This document shows, piece by piece, positions 30,819 to 39,784 of a stretch of DNA of 64,000 bases. The position numbers and the translations under genes were made by a program. Source of the stretch: Candidatus Latescibacterota bacterium (GTDB lineage Bacteria > Latescibacterota > UBA2968 > GCA-2709665); the NCBI GenBank assembly GCA_965116875.1, contig OZ220733.1, positions 1,984,001-2,048,000 on the forward strand, given 5' to 3'. Under the pieces are notes generated by a model. That model was not told where the DNA came from. It did no database searches and saw only the letters and a list, made by a program, of their open reading frames with translations. Positions within the stretch are counted from its first letter, which is position 1, and every line of letters begins with the position of its first letter.

Positions 30819-33251
30819 GTGAAGCGAATTGTGTTATTGGTTTCGTGCGTGTTGGCGATGAGCGTCAGCACTCAGGTTCATGCAAAGGGAACGGTCCGTG
30901 GTACCGTGCGTGATGCGACGAACGGTGAGACACTGCCGTACGCCAATGTTGTCGTCGACAGTATGCGCATTGGCGTATCTACGGACAAGACCGGCTACTT
31001 TGTCATCGGGAGCCTGCCGCCGGGTTCGCACAGGGTTACAGCCAGCTACATCGGGTACGAAAGCCGATCTGTCCCAGTCACGATTGAGTCGGTTGAGACC
31101 CGGCGGATCGACATCGAACTCGATCCCGTTGAATTAAGGGGCGAAGCGATCGAAGTCATCGGCGATCCGGTGGCGCCGACCGAGGTCACACCGGTGAGCG
31201 CGTTCGGCACGCGGGTCACCGAACTGGCGCGCATTCCAACCGTGGGACAGCCCGATCTCCTGCGGGGCATTCAACTCCTCCCCGGCGTCCAGGCAGGAAG
31301 TGAGAATTCCGCGGGTTTGTACGTGCGGGGAGGTACGCCCGGCCAGAACCTGATTCTGCTGGACGACGTGGTTGTCTATAACCCGAATCACCTGTTCGGG
31401 TTCTTCAGCACGTTCAATCCCGACGCATTGAAGGACGTGACGTTGATCAAGGGGACATTTCCCGCGCGGTATGGGGACCGCCTTTCGAGTGTGTTGGATA
31501 TAACAAACCTGGACGGCAACCGAAAAGCGTTCGATGCGCGCGGCTCAATCGATCTGATCAGCGCGGGACTGACGGCAGGCGGACCGGTGGGCGATCGCGG
31601 GTCCTGGATGTTGTCGGGGCGACGTACGTACCAGGACGTATTGAAGTCGCCATTGTTCAGTCACCTGGTTGACGAGATGTTCAGCACCCGAATCGGGACC
31701 ATTGCCGCGAGTCCCGGCGCCGGCGGAGGTCCGCCCGGCTTCGGCGGCCGCCCGGGCGGAGGACGGTTCGGAGGGACGCGATTCAATTTCCAGCAGCAGA
31801 CTGGCGATTTCGATCAGGACTACGGATTCTACGATGCGAATTTCAAGCTGAACCTGGAGTTGTCCGACAATAACCGGATCTCCGTCAGCGGATACCTGGG
31901 CAGCGACGCACTCAATCTATCCCTGCCTTCTTTCCGCGAGCAGACCCGTGATCAACTCATGGATTGGGGCAATCGGATCGCCCGGTTCAAGTGGATGCGC
32001 ATCTTTGCCGACAATCTAATTGGCAACGTGCAGTTGTCGGCAAGCCGGTATATATCGAACTTCGACGTTGCCACCAATCAGAACGCCGATCAGAGCGGGC
32101 AGGGTGGCGAGGGCCGACTGGGACGCGGATTCGGGCTGAATCGCAACAACGAACTGAACGACCTGACGGCAAAGGCGACATTCGACTTCTATTCCGGACC
32201 GTTTCACACCACGCGAATGGGCGCCCAGCTTACGGCCTACGACGCATTCTACAGGCAGGGGGTGGGTGACTCCATCCGAACGGGAATCAATACGGCGTCG
32301 TTGTATCAGACGGGTTTTCTGGAGCACGGGTTGCGCCTGGGTCGCCTGGAACTGACCCCGGGAATCCGCGTGAGCCACTTCAACAGCGGAAACTACACCC
32401 GGTGGTCGCCGCGAGCGACGGGGCTGTTCCAATTCGATGAGCATATCGCGCTCAAGGGCGGTTGGGGCATTTACCACCAGTTCGTCAATTTGATTTCGAT
32501 CGAAGCCAACACGTACACGACGGATATGTGGCTACCTGTGGATGAGACCCTGACGCCGGGAAAAGCCGTTCACAGCGCGTTCGGCCTGATGTTGACGCCA
32601 AACGACGGATGGCAGGTCGATCTGGAGTTTTATCACAAGGACCTCGAAGACCTCGTGGAATTCCAGTCGCAGGTGCGTCTGGACGATTCTACCCCGCTCT
32701 CGGACCTGTTCGTAACCGGATCGGGCAGATCCTACGGCGGGGAAGTCCTGCTTCGGAAGACGGAAGGGCGTCTGAAGGGATGGATTGGATATACATTGAG
32801 CAAGACGGAACACACCTTCCCGGAATTGAACCGGGGCGACCCGTTTTCGCCGAAGTACGATCGACGTCATGACCTTTCCCTGGTGACTGACTATTCCCTG
32901 GGCAGAGGCTGGAACCTGAACGCCAACTGGGTCTATGGTACGGGACAGGCATACACGATTCCGGAAGCGCGCTATGAGGTGCAACAGCCTACGGGCCAGA
33001 CCATTCCCTATGTCCATGTCTCTGAGAAGAACGCCTACCGGCTGCCGGCCTATCACCGGCTCGATCTCGGAATCACGCGTGAAATGAACCTGGGCGGCGT
33101 CGAAGGGGAACTGGTGTTCAACCTGTTCAACGTGTACAACCGGCGCAACGTATGGTATCGCTCGTTTGATGCGACCGAGCCGGAAGTTCTGGTACAGGAT
33201 GTGTTACTGCAGCCCATATTGCCGAGTGTCGGTCTACGATTCAACATGTAA
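30819..33251 (+). CDS. TonB-dependent receptor with N-terminal carboxypeptidase-regulatory-like domain
   Basis: GGAGG RBS, signal peptide, GTVRDATNGETLPYANV, LYVRGG..QNLILLD, RLPAYHRLDL. Confidence 0.92.
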   Translation: MKRIVLLVSCVLAMSVSTQVHAKGTVRGTVRDATNGETLPYANVVVDSMRIGVSTDKTGYFVIGSLPPGSHRVTASYIGYESRSVPVTIESVETRRIDIELDPVELRGEAIEVIGDPVAPTEVTPVSAFGTRVTELARIPTVGQPDLLRGIQLLPGVQAGSENSAGLYVRGGTPGQNLILLDDVVVYNPNHLFGFFSTFNPDALKDVTLIKGTFPARYGDRLSSVLDITNLDGNRKAFDARGSIDLISAGLTAGGPVGDRGSWMLSGRRTYQDVLKSPLFSHLVDEMFSTRIGTIAASPGAGGGPPGFGGRPGGGRFGGTRFNFQQQTGDFDQDYGFYDANFKLNLELSDNNRISVSGYLGSDALNLSLPSFREQTRDQLMDWGNRIARFKWMRIFADNLIGNVQLSASRYISNFDVATNQNADQSGQGGEGRLGRGFGLNRNNELNDLTAKATFDFYSGPFHTTRMGAQLTAYDAFYRQGVGDSIRTGINTASLYQTGFLEHGLRLGRLELTPGIRVSHFNSGNYTRWSPRATGLFQFDEHIALKGGWGIYHQFVNLISIEANTYTTDMWLPVDETLTPGKAVHSAFGLMLTPNDGWQVDLEFYHKDLEDLVEFQSQVRLDDSTPLSDLFVTGSGRSYGGEVLLRKTEGRLKGWIGYTLSKTEHTFPELNRGDPFSPKYDRRHDLSLVTDYSLGRGWNLNANWVYGTGQAYTIPEARYEVQQPTGQTIPYVHVSEKNAYRLPAYHRLDLGITREMNLGGVEGELVFNLFNVYNRRNVWYRSFDATEPEVLVQDVLLQPILPSVGLRFNM

Positions 33252-33274
33252 GACCGCTGGCGGAGGAAATATCC

Positions 33275-34111
33275 ATGATCAAACTACGATTCATGCTGTG
33301 TCTTGCCATCGGTCTTGGATCCGGTGCGTGCAGTACGGCGCCCACAGAATCTTTGGGGGAGTTTCGGGAGACGATTCTCATCGAAGGATATCTTCAGGCG
33401 GGAACCAACGTTACCGGTTTATACGTAGGCACGACGATGCCGCTCTCGAGCGAATACGACCGCGACGCCAGCGCGCTTTCCGATGCAGACGTGACGATTG
33501 CGGTGGACGGTGTAACGCATTCCCTGTCATCCGTTCCGGATAAGCCCGGCACATACAATCAGCCGGACCTTGTCGTCCAACCGGGCAAGACCTATCATCT
33601 GTCAGTCACGACGGGATTGGGGAAGGCGACCGCGCAGACGACCGTGCCGTTCCCGCCGACGGCTTCGGGGGGTCCCGTGGTTTATGCTGGCGGCGATCCA
33701 TACCGCGTGACGTGGGAAGGCAAGACAAATGGCGGTTACGTCACGTCGAGGCAGGCCATCGATCTTCTGGAGCGAATTCCACCGGAGAGCCAGTTTGGAG
33801 GGGGGCGATTTGGCGGCGGCTTCGGCGGGGCGATTGACACCACAGGGTTTGGCGCGCTGAGGGACAGTATCGCCCGGGCGGACCAATGGCGGTTCCTGCA
33901 AGGGCAATCCCAGTCGTTGAATCCCCTTCAGTTTTCCTATTATGGCACCTATTCATTTCTGGTCTTCGCTCTCGACGAGAATTACGGTGACTTTCTGATC
34001 TCGAGCCAGCAGGACAGGGCCACGCTCGACGAACCTCGTTTCCACATAGAAGGTGGAATCGGGCTGTTCGCATCCATGGCCGCGGATTCGGTCCTGTTTC
34101 GAGTAGAATGA
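33275..34111 (+). CDS. DUF4249-like lipoprotein partner of the TonB receptor
   Basis: Lipobox-like GSGAC, ILIEGYL, PGKTYHLSV, IEGGIGLF. Confidence 0.75.
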   Translation: MIKLRFMLCLAIGLGSGACSTAPTESLGEFRETILIEGYLQAGTNVTGLYVGTTMPLSSEYDRDASALSDADVTIAVDGVTHSLSSVPDKPGTYNQPDLVVQPGKTYHLSVTTGLGKATAQTTVPFPPTASGGPVVYAGGDPYRVTWEGKTNGGYVTSRQAIDLLERIPPESQFGGGRFGGGFGGAIDTTGFGALRDSIARADQWRFLQGQSQSLNPLQFSYYGTYSFLVFALDENYGDFLISSQQDRATLDEPRFHIEGGIGLFASMAADSVLFRVE

Positions 34112-34123
34112 CCCGTCCCCCGC

Positions 34124-34152
34124 TTGACAGGGACAGGCTGCCGGGCTATATT
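34124..34152 (+). promoter_or_regulatory. sigma70 promoter of ssrA
   Basis: TTGACA (34124-34129), 17 nt spacer, TATATT (34147-34152). Confidence 0.75.
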
Positions 34153-34199
34153 TTCAGCGTCCGGGCGGCCAGGCGGCCCGGGACAGGGCGATACCGTGT

Positions 34200-34559
34200 G
34201 GGGGCGACCTGGATTCGACGGGGGTGGAGAGGCGATGGCTGCGTGTCGAGGTCCCATGTCCTCGTTAAACCGTGGGAACACTCTATAATTGCGGACGATA
34301 CGTACGCAATGGCTGCGTAACGAAAACGCAGTCCGTTCCGACGGGCTTCGCCTGCAGGGCCCGACCGGAGCGCCGACTTATGCGGGCTGGCTCGTGGACC
34401 TCCGTTCAAGGGTCCGGGAGCGAGAGCTGATTGAACTGGCGCGTTGGCAACCCCGTTTACCGGGGCGCCCGCGCGTGAGATTCAAAAGGTAAACTACACA
34501 CGTAGACGCTGTCGTTGATCTGCTTTCGGACGCGGGTTCGATTCCCGCCGCCTCCACCA
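34200..34559 (+). ncRNA. ssrA: tmRNA; tag peptide (A)ADDTYAMAA*
   Basis: 5' GGGGGCGACCTGGATTCGAC pairs with 3' CGCCTCCACCA; T-arm GCGGGTTCGATTCCCGC; tag ORF 34291-34320 after ATAATT. Confidence 0.97.
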
Positions 34560-34696
34560 GATAACCATCAATTCGCATTCTTCCATACAAAACGAACGGA
34601 AAACAAGACGGAGAGTCACATCAGGGCTACTGGTGCAATTGAGATGGGAAGACTGGATCGGTGATTCGAGGTTGAAATAGCGAGATTTAATCGAAC

Positions 34697-34730
34697 TGAC
34701 GCCCCGGCAAACCCGTTTGTCGGGGCGTCA
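34697..34730 (+). terminator. Strong hairpin downstream of ssrA
   Basis: TGACGCCCCGGCAAAC / GTTTGTCGGGGCGTCA stem; no clear U-tract. Confidence 0.5.
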
Positions 34731-34930
34731 TCGCGTTAGATCCAAGGGGTCCGGGCGAATCTCACATCATCCCCGCTCCATCCTCCACCGGTTGAAACCT
34801 CGTCTATAGCTCGCCAGTGCGCTTCCTGCCCGGTTCTGTGCGATTCCGAATTGCCTTGCTTTTCAGGTCACAATCAGACATATTATTATCACTTGTAATT
34901 AAATAGTGACAATTTGTCTGCGGCTGGACC

Positions 34931-35524
34931 ATGCGTGACCAACCCGAAGAAATCTTCCGCCGGCACGGCGGCCAACTTCGCATGAGCGAAGCCCTGGCGT
35001 ACGGGATCTCGCGCTACTCGCTCTATATGCTGCGGGACCGGGGCATCGTGGAGCCGGTGAGCAGGGGGATCTATCGGCTGGCGGAACTTCCTCCCATGGG
35101 CAACCCGGACCTTGTGACGGTGAGCCTGCGCTTCCCGAAGGCTGTAGTCTGTCTCGTCTCAGCGCTGGCTTTCCATGACATGACAACCCAGATCCCTCGA
35201 GCAGTTTCCGTGGTGGTGCCGCGCGGGTCGCGTCCGCCTTCGTTGGACTATCCGCCGGTTCGGGCGCACAGGTTCTCTACGCAGGCATACGAGCACGGTA
35301 TCGAAACGCATCTAATGGATGGTGCGGAAGTCAAGGTCTACAGCCGCGAAAAGACCCTCGCCGACTCGTTCAAGTTCCGCAACCGGATCGGCATGGACGT
35401 GGTACTGGAAGCGCTGCGCCTTTACAGGGGACGACATGGCTTCAATCCAGGCGCCGTGCTGGGCTCCGCCAGGGTTTGCAGGGTCGAGAACGTGATGCGA
35501 CCCTATCTTGAGGCTATGCTGTGA
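34931..35524 (+). CDS. Type IV TA / AbiEi-family antitoxin
   Basis: GGQLRMSEA...GI...VSRGIYRL, VVCLVSALAFHDMTTQIP, VYSREKTLAD.FKFRNRIGMDVVLEAL. Confidence 0.88.
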   Translation: MRDQPEEIFRRHGGQLRMSEALAYGISRYSLYMLRDRGIVEPVSRGIYRLAELPPMGNPDLVTVSLRFPKAVVCLVSALAFHDMTTQIPRAVSVVVPRGSRPPSLDYPPVRAHRFSTQAYEHGIETHLMDGAEVKVYSREKTLADSFKFRNRIGMDVVLEALRLYRGRHGFNPGAVLGSARVCRVENVMRPYLEAML

Positions 35525-35628
35525 CGACGTCCCGCAACGTGCCCGCCTCGATTCGCCCCCTCGCTCTGGCACAATTGGCTCTTCGCCGGTCTTCACCTGG
35601 AACGCAGGCACGCCCGGGTTTCTCGTGA
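35521..35628 (+). pseudogene. Possible truncated AbiEii toxin stub
   Basis: GTGA overlap with antitoxin stop; reads MTTSRNVPASIR (AbiEii-like N-terminus NxxASxR), then diverges and stops after about 35 codons. Confidence 0.5.
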
Positions 35629-36092
35629 CAATCAGCCGATGTCACATATCTCTGTTCCTGTACTTGACAGTCTGAACCTTCCGCCCTATATTCTGCCGGA
35701 TTTGATTCTCGCGGTATCAAAGAGTTGAGCAAACTGAGGCGTAGGCATTCAATCACGCACTGGCGGATGGGTATCGAGTGGGCGGTAAGGATGGATATGC
35801 TCCTCAAGGGGCGCCAGCGGTTGGGGAGTCGAGAGTACGCAGCATACGTAGACGTTATGATTGATCAGTATTCAGTATCGGGTTTGATTCCCGATGCGTG
35901 TAACAAGGGATCGAAGACACAAGAGTTCCGGGCTGTGGCTCGAAGACTGGACGGGTCGTGGGATACTTTCCATACTGACGTTCGATCGCGATCTCCCGAA
36001 CTGTTGGTAAGCAGAACCGACCGTTTGCCTGCACTTCGCGCATGGTCCATTTACCCTACACGCCTCCGGTACCGCCGGGGGCGTATTTCGTG

Positions 36093-37106
36093 ATGATCAT
36101 GGCCGATCAAGACCTGGTTTCCGTCATCATTCCAACTTACAATAGAGCGAACTTTCTTGTTGAGTCGCTCGAAAGTGTATTGGCGCAGACGTATCGGAAT
36201 CTTGAGGTGATCGTCGTCAACGACGGCTCAACGGATGAAACGAAAACGAAGTTGGAGCCATTTCTCCATCGAATATCGTACTTTGAGAAATCGAACGGGG
36301 GCAAATCATCCGCCTTGAATCTCGGACTCAAACACATCTCCGGTGACTATGTATGGGTCTTTGACGACGACGATGTCGCGCTGCCTGAACTGGTTGAATT
36401 GCATATTTCGGTTTTCGAATCGCAACCCGAGGTTGATTTCGTCTATAGTGGATTCGCGTATTTTGAGGGAAAGAACGCAGACAATGTGATTGAAACGGTA
36501 GAGGCTACCTCACATCCGGAAGGAGAAATGCTGGGCCAACTCCTGAGCGGGAATTTTATCAGCGGTGTTTCAGTTGTCGTTCGCAGACAGTGTTACGATC
36601 GCGTGGGAATCTATGATGAAAGGCTGATTCGCGCTCAGGACTACGATATGTGGATCCGGCTAGCGCGTGCTGGATTTAAGGCAGGAGTCATACGACAGCC
36701 CTTAGTGAGAGTACGCAAACACGATGGTTTACGGGGATCTGGAGAGGATCGATTCAAGACGTCGGAACTGAGGGAAAAACACCTCGAATATCATCGAATC
36801 ATCATGCAGAAGATCTATTGGGAAGTCCCTTTGGATGTCATATCTCCGGAAATGGCCGAAGCGCCACACGATCCGACCCAGGTATTACGGGCGTTATTGA
36901 AGCGCACCTGGATCGTAGCCAATAGAATGCTGGTGGAAGAGACCATCCGAGACCTGGGATTCGTTCGGGATCACATTATGCGGTATCGGGAACTGCATCT
37001 GGATGATCGCCAGCGCCGGTTCCTTGCGGCTCTACGTGACTATGCCACAAGGTTACGGCAGAGCGAAATCGCGGATCTGAGCGAGTTGATTTTGCAGTTT
37101 AGATGA
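36093..37106 (+). CDS. Family 2 glycosyltransferase with helical C-terminal extension
   Basis: VSVIIPTYNR, VVNDGSTD, NGGKSSALN, FDDDD, AQDYDMWIRL. Confidence 0.9.
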   Translation: MIMADQDLVSVIIPTYNRANFLVESLESVLAQTYRNLEVIVVNDGSTDETKTKLEPFLHRISYFEKSNGGKSSALNLGLKHISGDYVWVFDDDDVALPELVELHISVFESQPEVDFVYSGFAYFEGKNADNVIETVEATSHPEGEMLGQLLSGNFISGVSVVVRRQCYDRVGIYDERLIRAQDYDMWIRLARAGFKAGVIRQPLVRVRKHDGLRGSGEDRFKTSELREKHLEYHRIIMQKIYWEVPLDVISPEMAEAPHDPTQVLRALLKRTWIVANRMLVEETIRDLGFVRDHIMRYRELHLDDRQRRFLAALRDYATRLRQSEIADLSELILQFR

Positions 37107-37153
37107 CATTTGCAGCCGGGGAATGATCGCGCCAAATCTTGTGATTCATTAAG

Positions 37154-39010
37154 GTGGCTTCTTTGAACACGCCAATTGCAAGTACGGTTTTCTTCGCTCT
37201 CACGCATTTCCTCAGCTTCTTCGTTGTAGAGGCTGGCGCCGCTGAGGTATGGAAAAAAGTAGAGAAGATCCTCGCGGAGGATCAGGGGCTGATGGTGCTG
37301 GACGGGACCGAGAAGGTTTCGCCGCGTTACACAGGGAATGACAGTCCCGTCTATGGGGACTGGCTGGTTTTACATGCGTTCTCGGAGCCGGCAACGCTGA
37401 ACCCGTATGGAAAGATGGACTATGGCTCTCACAGAATCCTGGAGAACATGTTCGAGTCACTGCTGTACATGGAGAACACGCCGCCGTACAAGTTCAAGGG
37501 CAAACTGGCCGCCGATTATCCGACGGTGTCCCCGGACAAGCTTTCCTATGCGTTCGACATTCGCAAGGGCGCCCGCTTTTCGGACGGCAGGCCGGTGACC
37601 GCGGCGGACGTCCTGTTCAGCTTCAAGGTGATCAAGAATCCGGAGGTCCAGCTATCCGGATACATGCGAAGCGGCTTCAAGGACCTCAAAGCGGTCCGGC
37701 TGGAAGGACCCTACAGGATCACGTTTGTCTACGGCGAACCGTATTTCTACAATGCGATCAACATCGGACGCAGATGGATCCTGCCGAAACACTTCTACGA
37801 CCCGGACGGATTGATGGATAGCGTATCCATCGACGCGCTCATCGACGGTTCCTGGCAAGCCGGCCCGCAGGCCGACCTCGTGCGCCGTTTCGCGGAACAG
37901 TTCAACAGGGATTTCAACCGCCGCGTGTTGGGATCCGGCCCCTACGTGCTGGCATCCTCCGTGGAAAACGCGGCGTCAACCGGAAAGACCGTTCTGAATC
38001 GTGACCCGAACTATTGGGGAATCGGAAGGAAGGACCTTCCTTCTCCCGGCTTCGTCGATAAACTGGTCTTCAAAGTGGTCGTCAATCCGGATGCCGCATT
38101 TATCGAACTGACGAATGGGAACCTGGACGTTTTGAATATGTATCCGCTGCCGTTCAAGGAGAAAAGCTGGTCGCCGGAGTTTACGTCGCGTTTTCTCAAG
38201 GCGATCCGGTACGCGAGCGGAATCAATTACATCATCTGGAACAACACCCACCCGGTTTTTCGCGATAAACGGGTCCGCAGGGCGATGTCGCATCTCACAC
38301 CGCGCAAGAGCATGATTCGAGACCTGATCCACGGACTCGGCGTTACCATTGACGGACCGGTGCATATGTCCCGTCCGGAATTTTACGCCGGCCTGGAACC
38401 ACTCGAATACGACCGCGATCGTGCCGCAGAATTGCTCCAGGCGGCCGGCTGGTTCGATACGGACGGCGACGGCGTTCTGGATAAGGTTGTGGATGGTGTC
38501 AAGACAGCATTCAGGTTTGAATTCCTGGTGCCCGCCGGTTCTCAACTCAGCAAGGACATCGGCCTGGTCATGCAAGACAAACTGGCGGACGTGGGAATCG
38601 TCTGTAACGTACGGGAAATCGATTACTCCATTTACCTCGACCGGTTGCGAAAGCGGGAGTTCGAGGCGTTATTCTCCGGCGGTGGGACCCATCCGGCGGT
38701 GCCGCTCGATCTCTATTCAAGCTGGCATTCATCGCAGGTCAAGGACGGCGGGAATTATTCATGTTTCGAAAATGAAGAGGCGGACCGGATCATGGAACGG
38801 TATCGCCGGACATTTGACGCGGAACAACGGATTTCACTCTACCGCAGGCTCCAGGAAATCCTGTACGAGGAACAGCCATATACGTTTCTTTTTGTAGGAC
38901 GTGGCGTAACGGCCTACAGCCGGCGGTTTCGAGGCGTGAATTGGTATCCCTCGGGATGGACGGACTTTCGGGAATGGTGGGTGCCACGTTCGGACAGGCG
39001 GTACCCGTAA
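37154..39010 (+). CDS. Peptide ABC-type substrate-binding protein (family 5, OppA/DppA-like), no permease adjacent
   Basis: EPATLNP, FESLL, FSDGRPVTAADVLFSF, GSGPY, FRDKRVRRAM, LYEEQPYTFL. Confidence 0.9.
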   Translation: MASLNTPIASTVFFALTHFLSFFVVEAGAAEVWKKVEKILAEDQGLMVLDGTEKVSPRYTGNDSPVYGDWLVLHAFSEPATLNPYGKMDYGSHRILENMFESLLYMENTPPYKFKGKLAADYPTVSPDKLSYAFDIRKGARFSDGRPVTAADVLFSFKVIKNPEVQLSGYMRSGFKDLKAVRLEGPYRITFVYGEPYFYNAINIGRRWILPKHFYDPDGLMDSVSIDALIDGSWQAGPQADLVRRFAEQFNRDFNRRVLGSGPYVLASSVENAASTGKTVLNRDPNYWGIGRKDLPSPGFVDKLVFKVVVNPDAAFIELTNGNLDVLNMYPLPFKEKSWSPEFTSRFLKAIRYASGINYIIWNNTHPVFRDKRVRRAMSHLTPRKSMIRDLIHGLGVTIDGPVHMSRPEFYAGLEPLEYDRDRAAELLQAAGWFDTDGDGVLDKVVDGVKTAFRFEFLVPAGSQLSKDIGLVMQDKLADVGIVCNVREIDYSIYLDRLRKREFEALFSGGGTHPAVPLDLYSSWHSSQVKDGGNYSCFENEEADRIMERYRRTFDAEQRISLYRRLQEILYEEQPYTFLFVGRGVTAYSRRFRGVNWYPSGWTDFREWWVPRSDRRYP

Positions 39011-39318
39011 TGATGTTTGAAGGGCAACCTGATCGGGGCGTCGCACCCGCGATTGGTTCCAATGGAGATTGAAACGAAGAAGATATCAGCCATCAGCTCT
39101 CAGCCGTCAGACCGCCCATCCCACAACCAATCAGCCTCATTTCCAAAATAGACAGCCGATCACTGCTGTCCAGGATCGTTTGGAAAAGACGATCTTAGAC
39201 GCGTAAGCACGTGTTTTTCTTTAAAGTCGTTTCGAAGTGCAGATGCAGGTTCACATCTTTGGGCCACGGCTGTCCGAGACAGGAACCGACTTGGGGCCGG
39301 TGTGGTTGGCGTTCCCGA

Positions 39319-39464
39319 GAGCGAGGGCATCCTGCCCTCGAAATCGGACAACTCGTCGCACACGGTGTTTTCCGCGAACCGGTGTTGGATTGAATGGACG
39401 CGTCAGTCCCTCGACGCGAATAGGGATCGGTGACGCGAAGTTCGAGGGCAGGATGCCCTCGCTC
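39319..39464. repeat. Inverted pair of REP-like palindromes
   Basis: GAGCGAGGGCATCCTGCCCTCGAA (39319-39342) and its perfect reverse complement (39441-39464). Confidence 0.8.
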
Positions 39465-39784
39465 CGGAAATTCGTGGATCAGGCCGTGATAGTGGTTGGA
39501 AAAGCCGATTTTGGACAGGTGTGACAGCCGGTAGATTTACCACAGAAAGCACAAAGGACACAAAAGGTATCAGCGAGAAAGCGGGGTATCGAGGTCGTTC
39601 AAAAGGATGAGATTTCCTTGCACCTCCATCGACGTCAAGTATCCTGGAACTGTGAAATGGATTCGCCTTTTTTCTGGTGTGTATAATCCGACAGTCAGGT
39701 CCCCGTATGATTACGAATCATAGTTAGAGAAAACGTGAACGAATCTGAAATCGTGTACAAAGATAATCTTTCGCCGGGTTAACT

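Noticed and set aside
35725-36093. 122-aa ORF between AbiEi and the GT2 gene
   Set aside because: No RBS or recognisable motif; probably spurious or decayed DNA.
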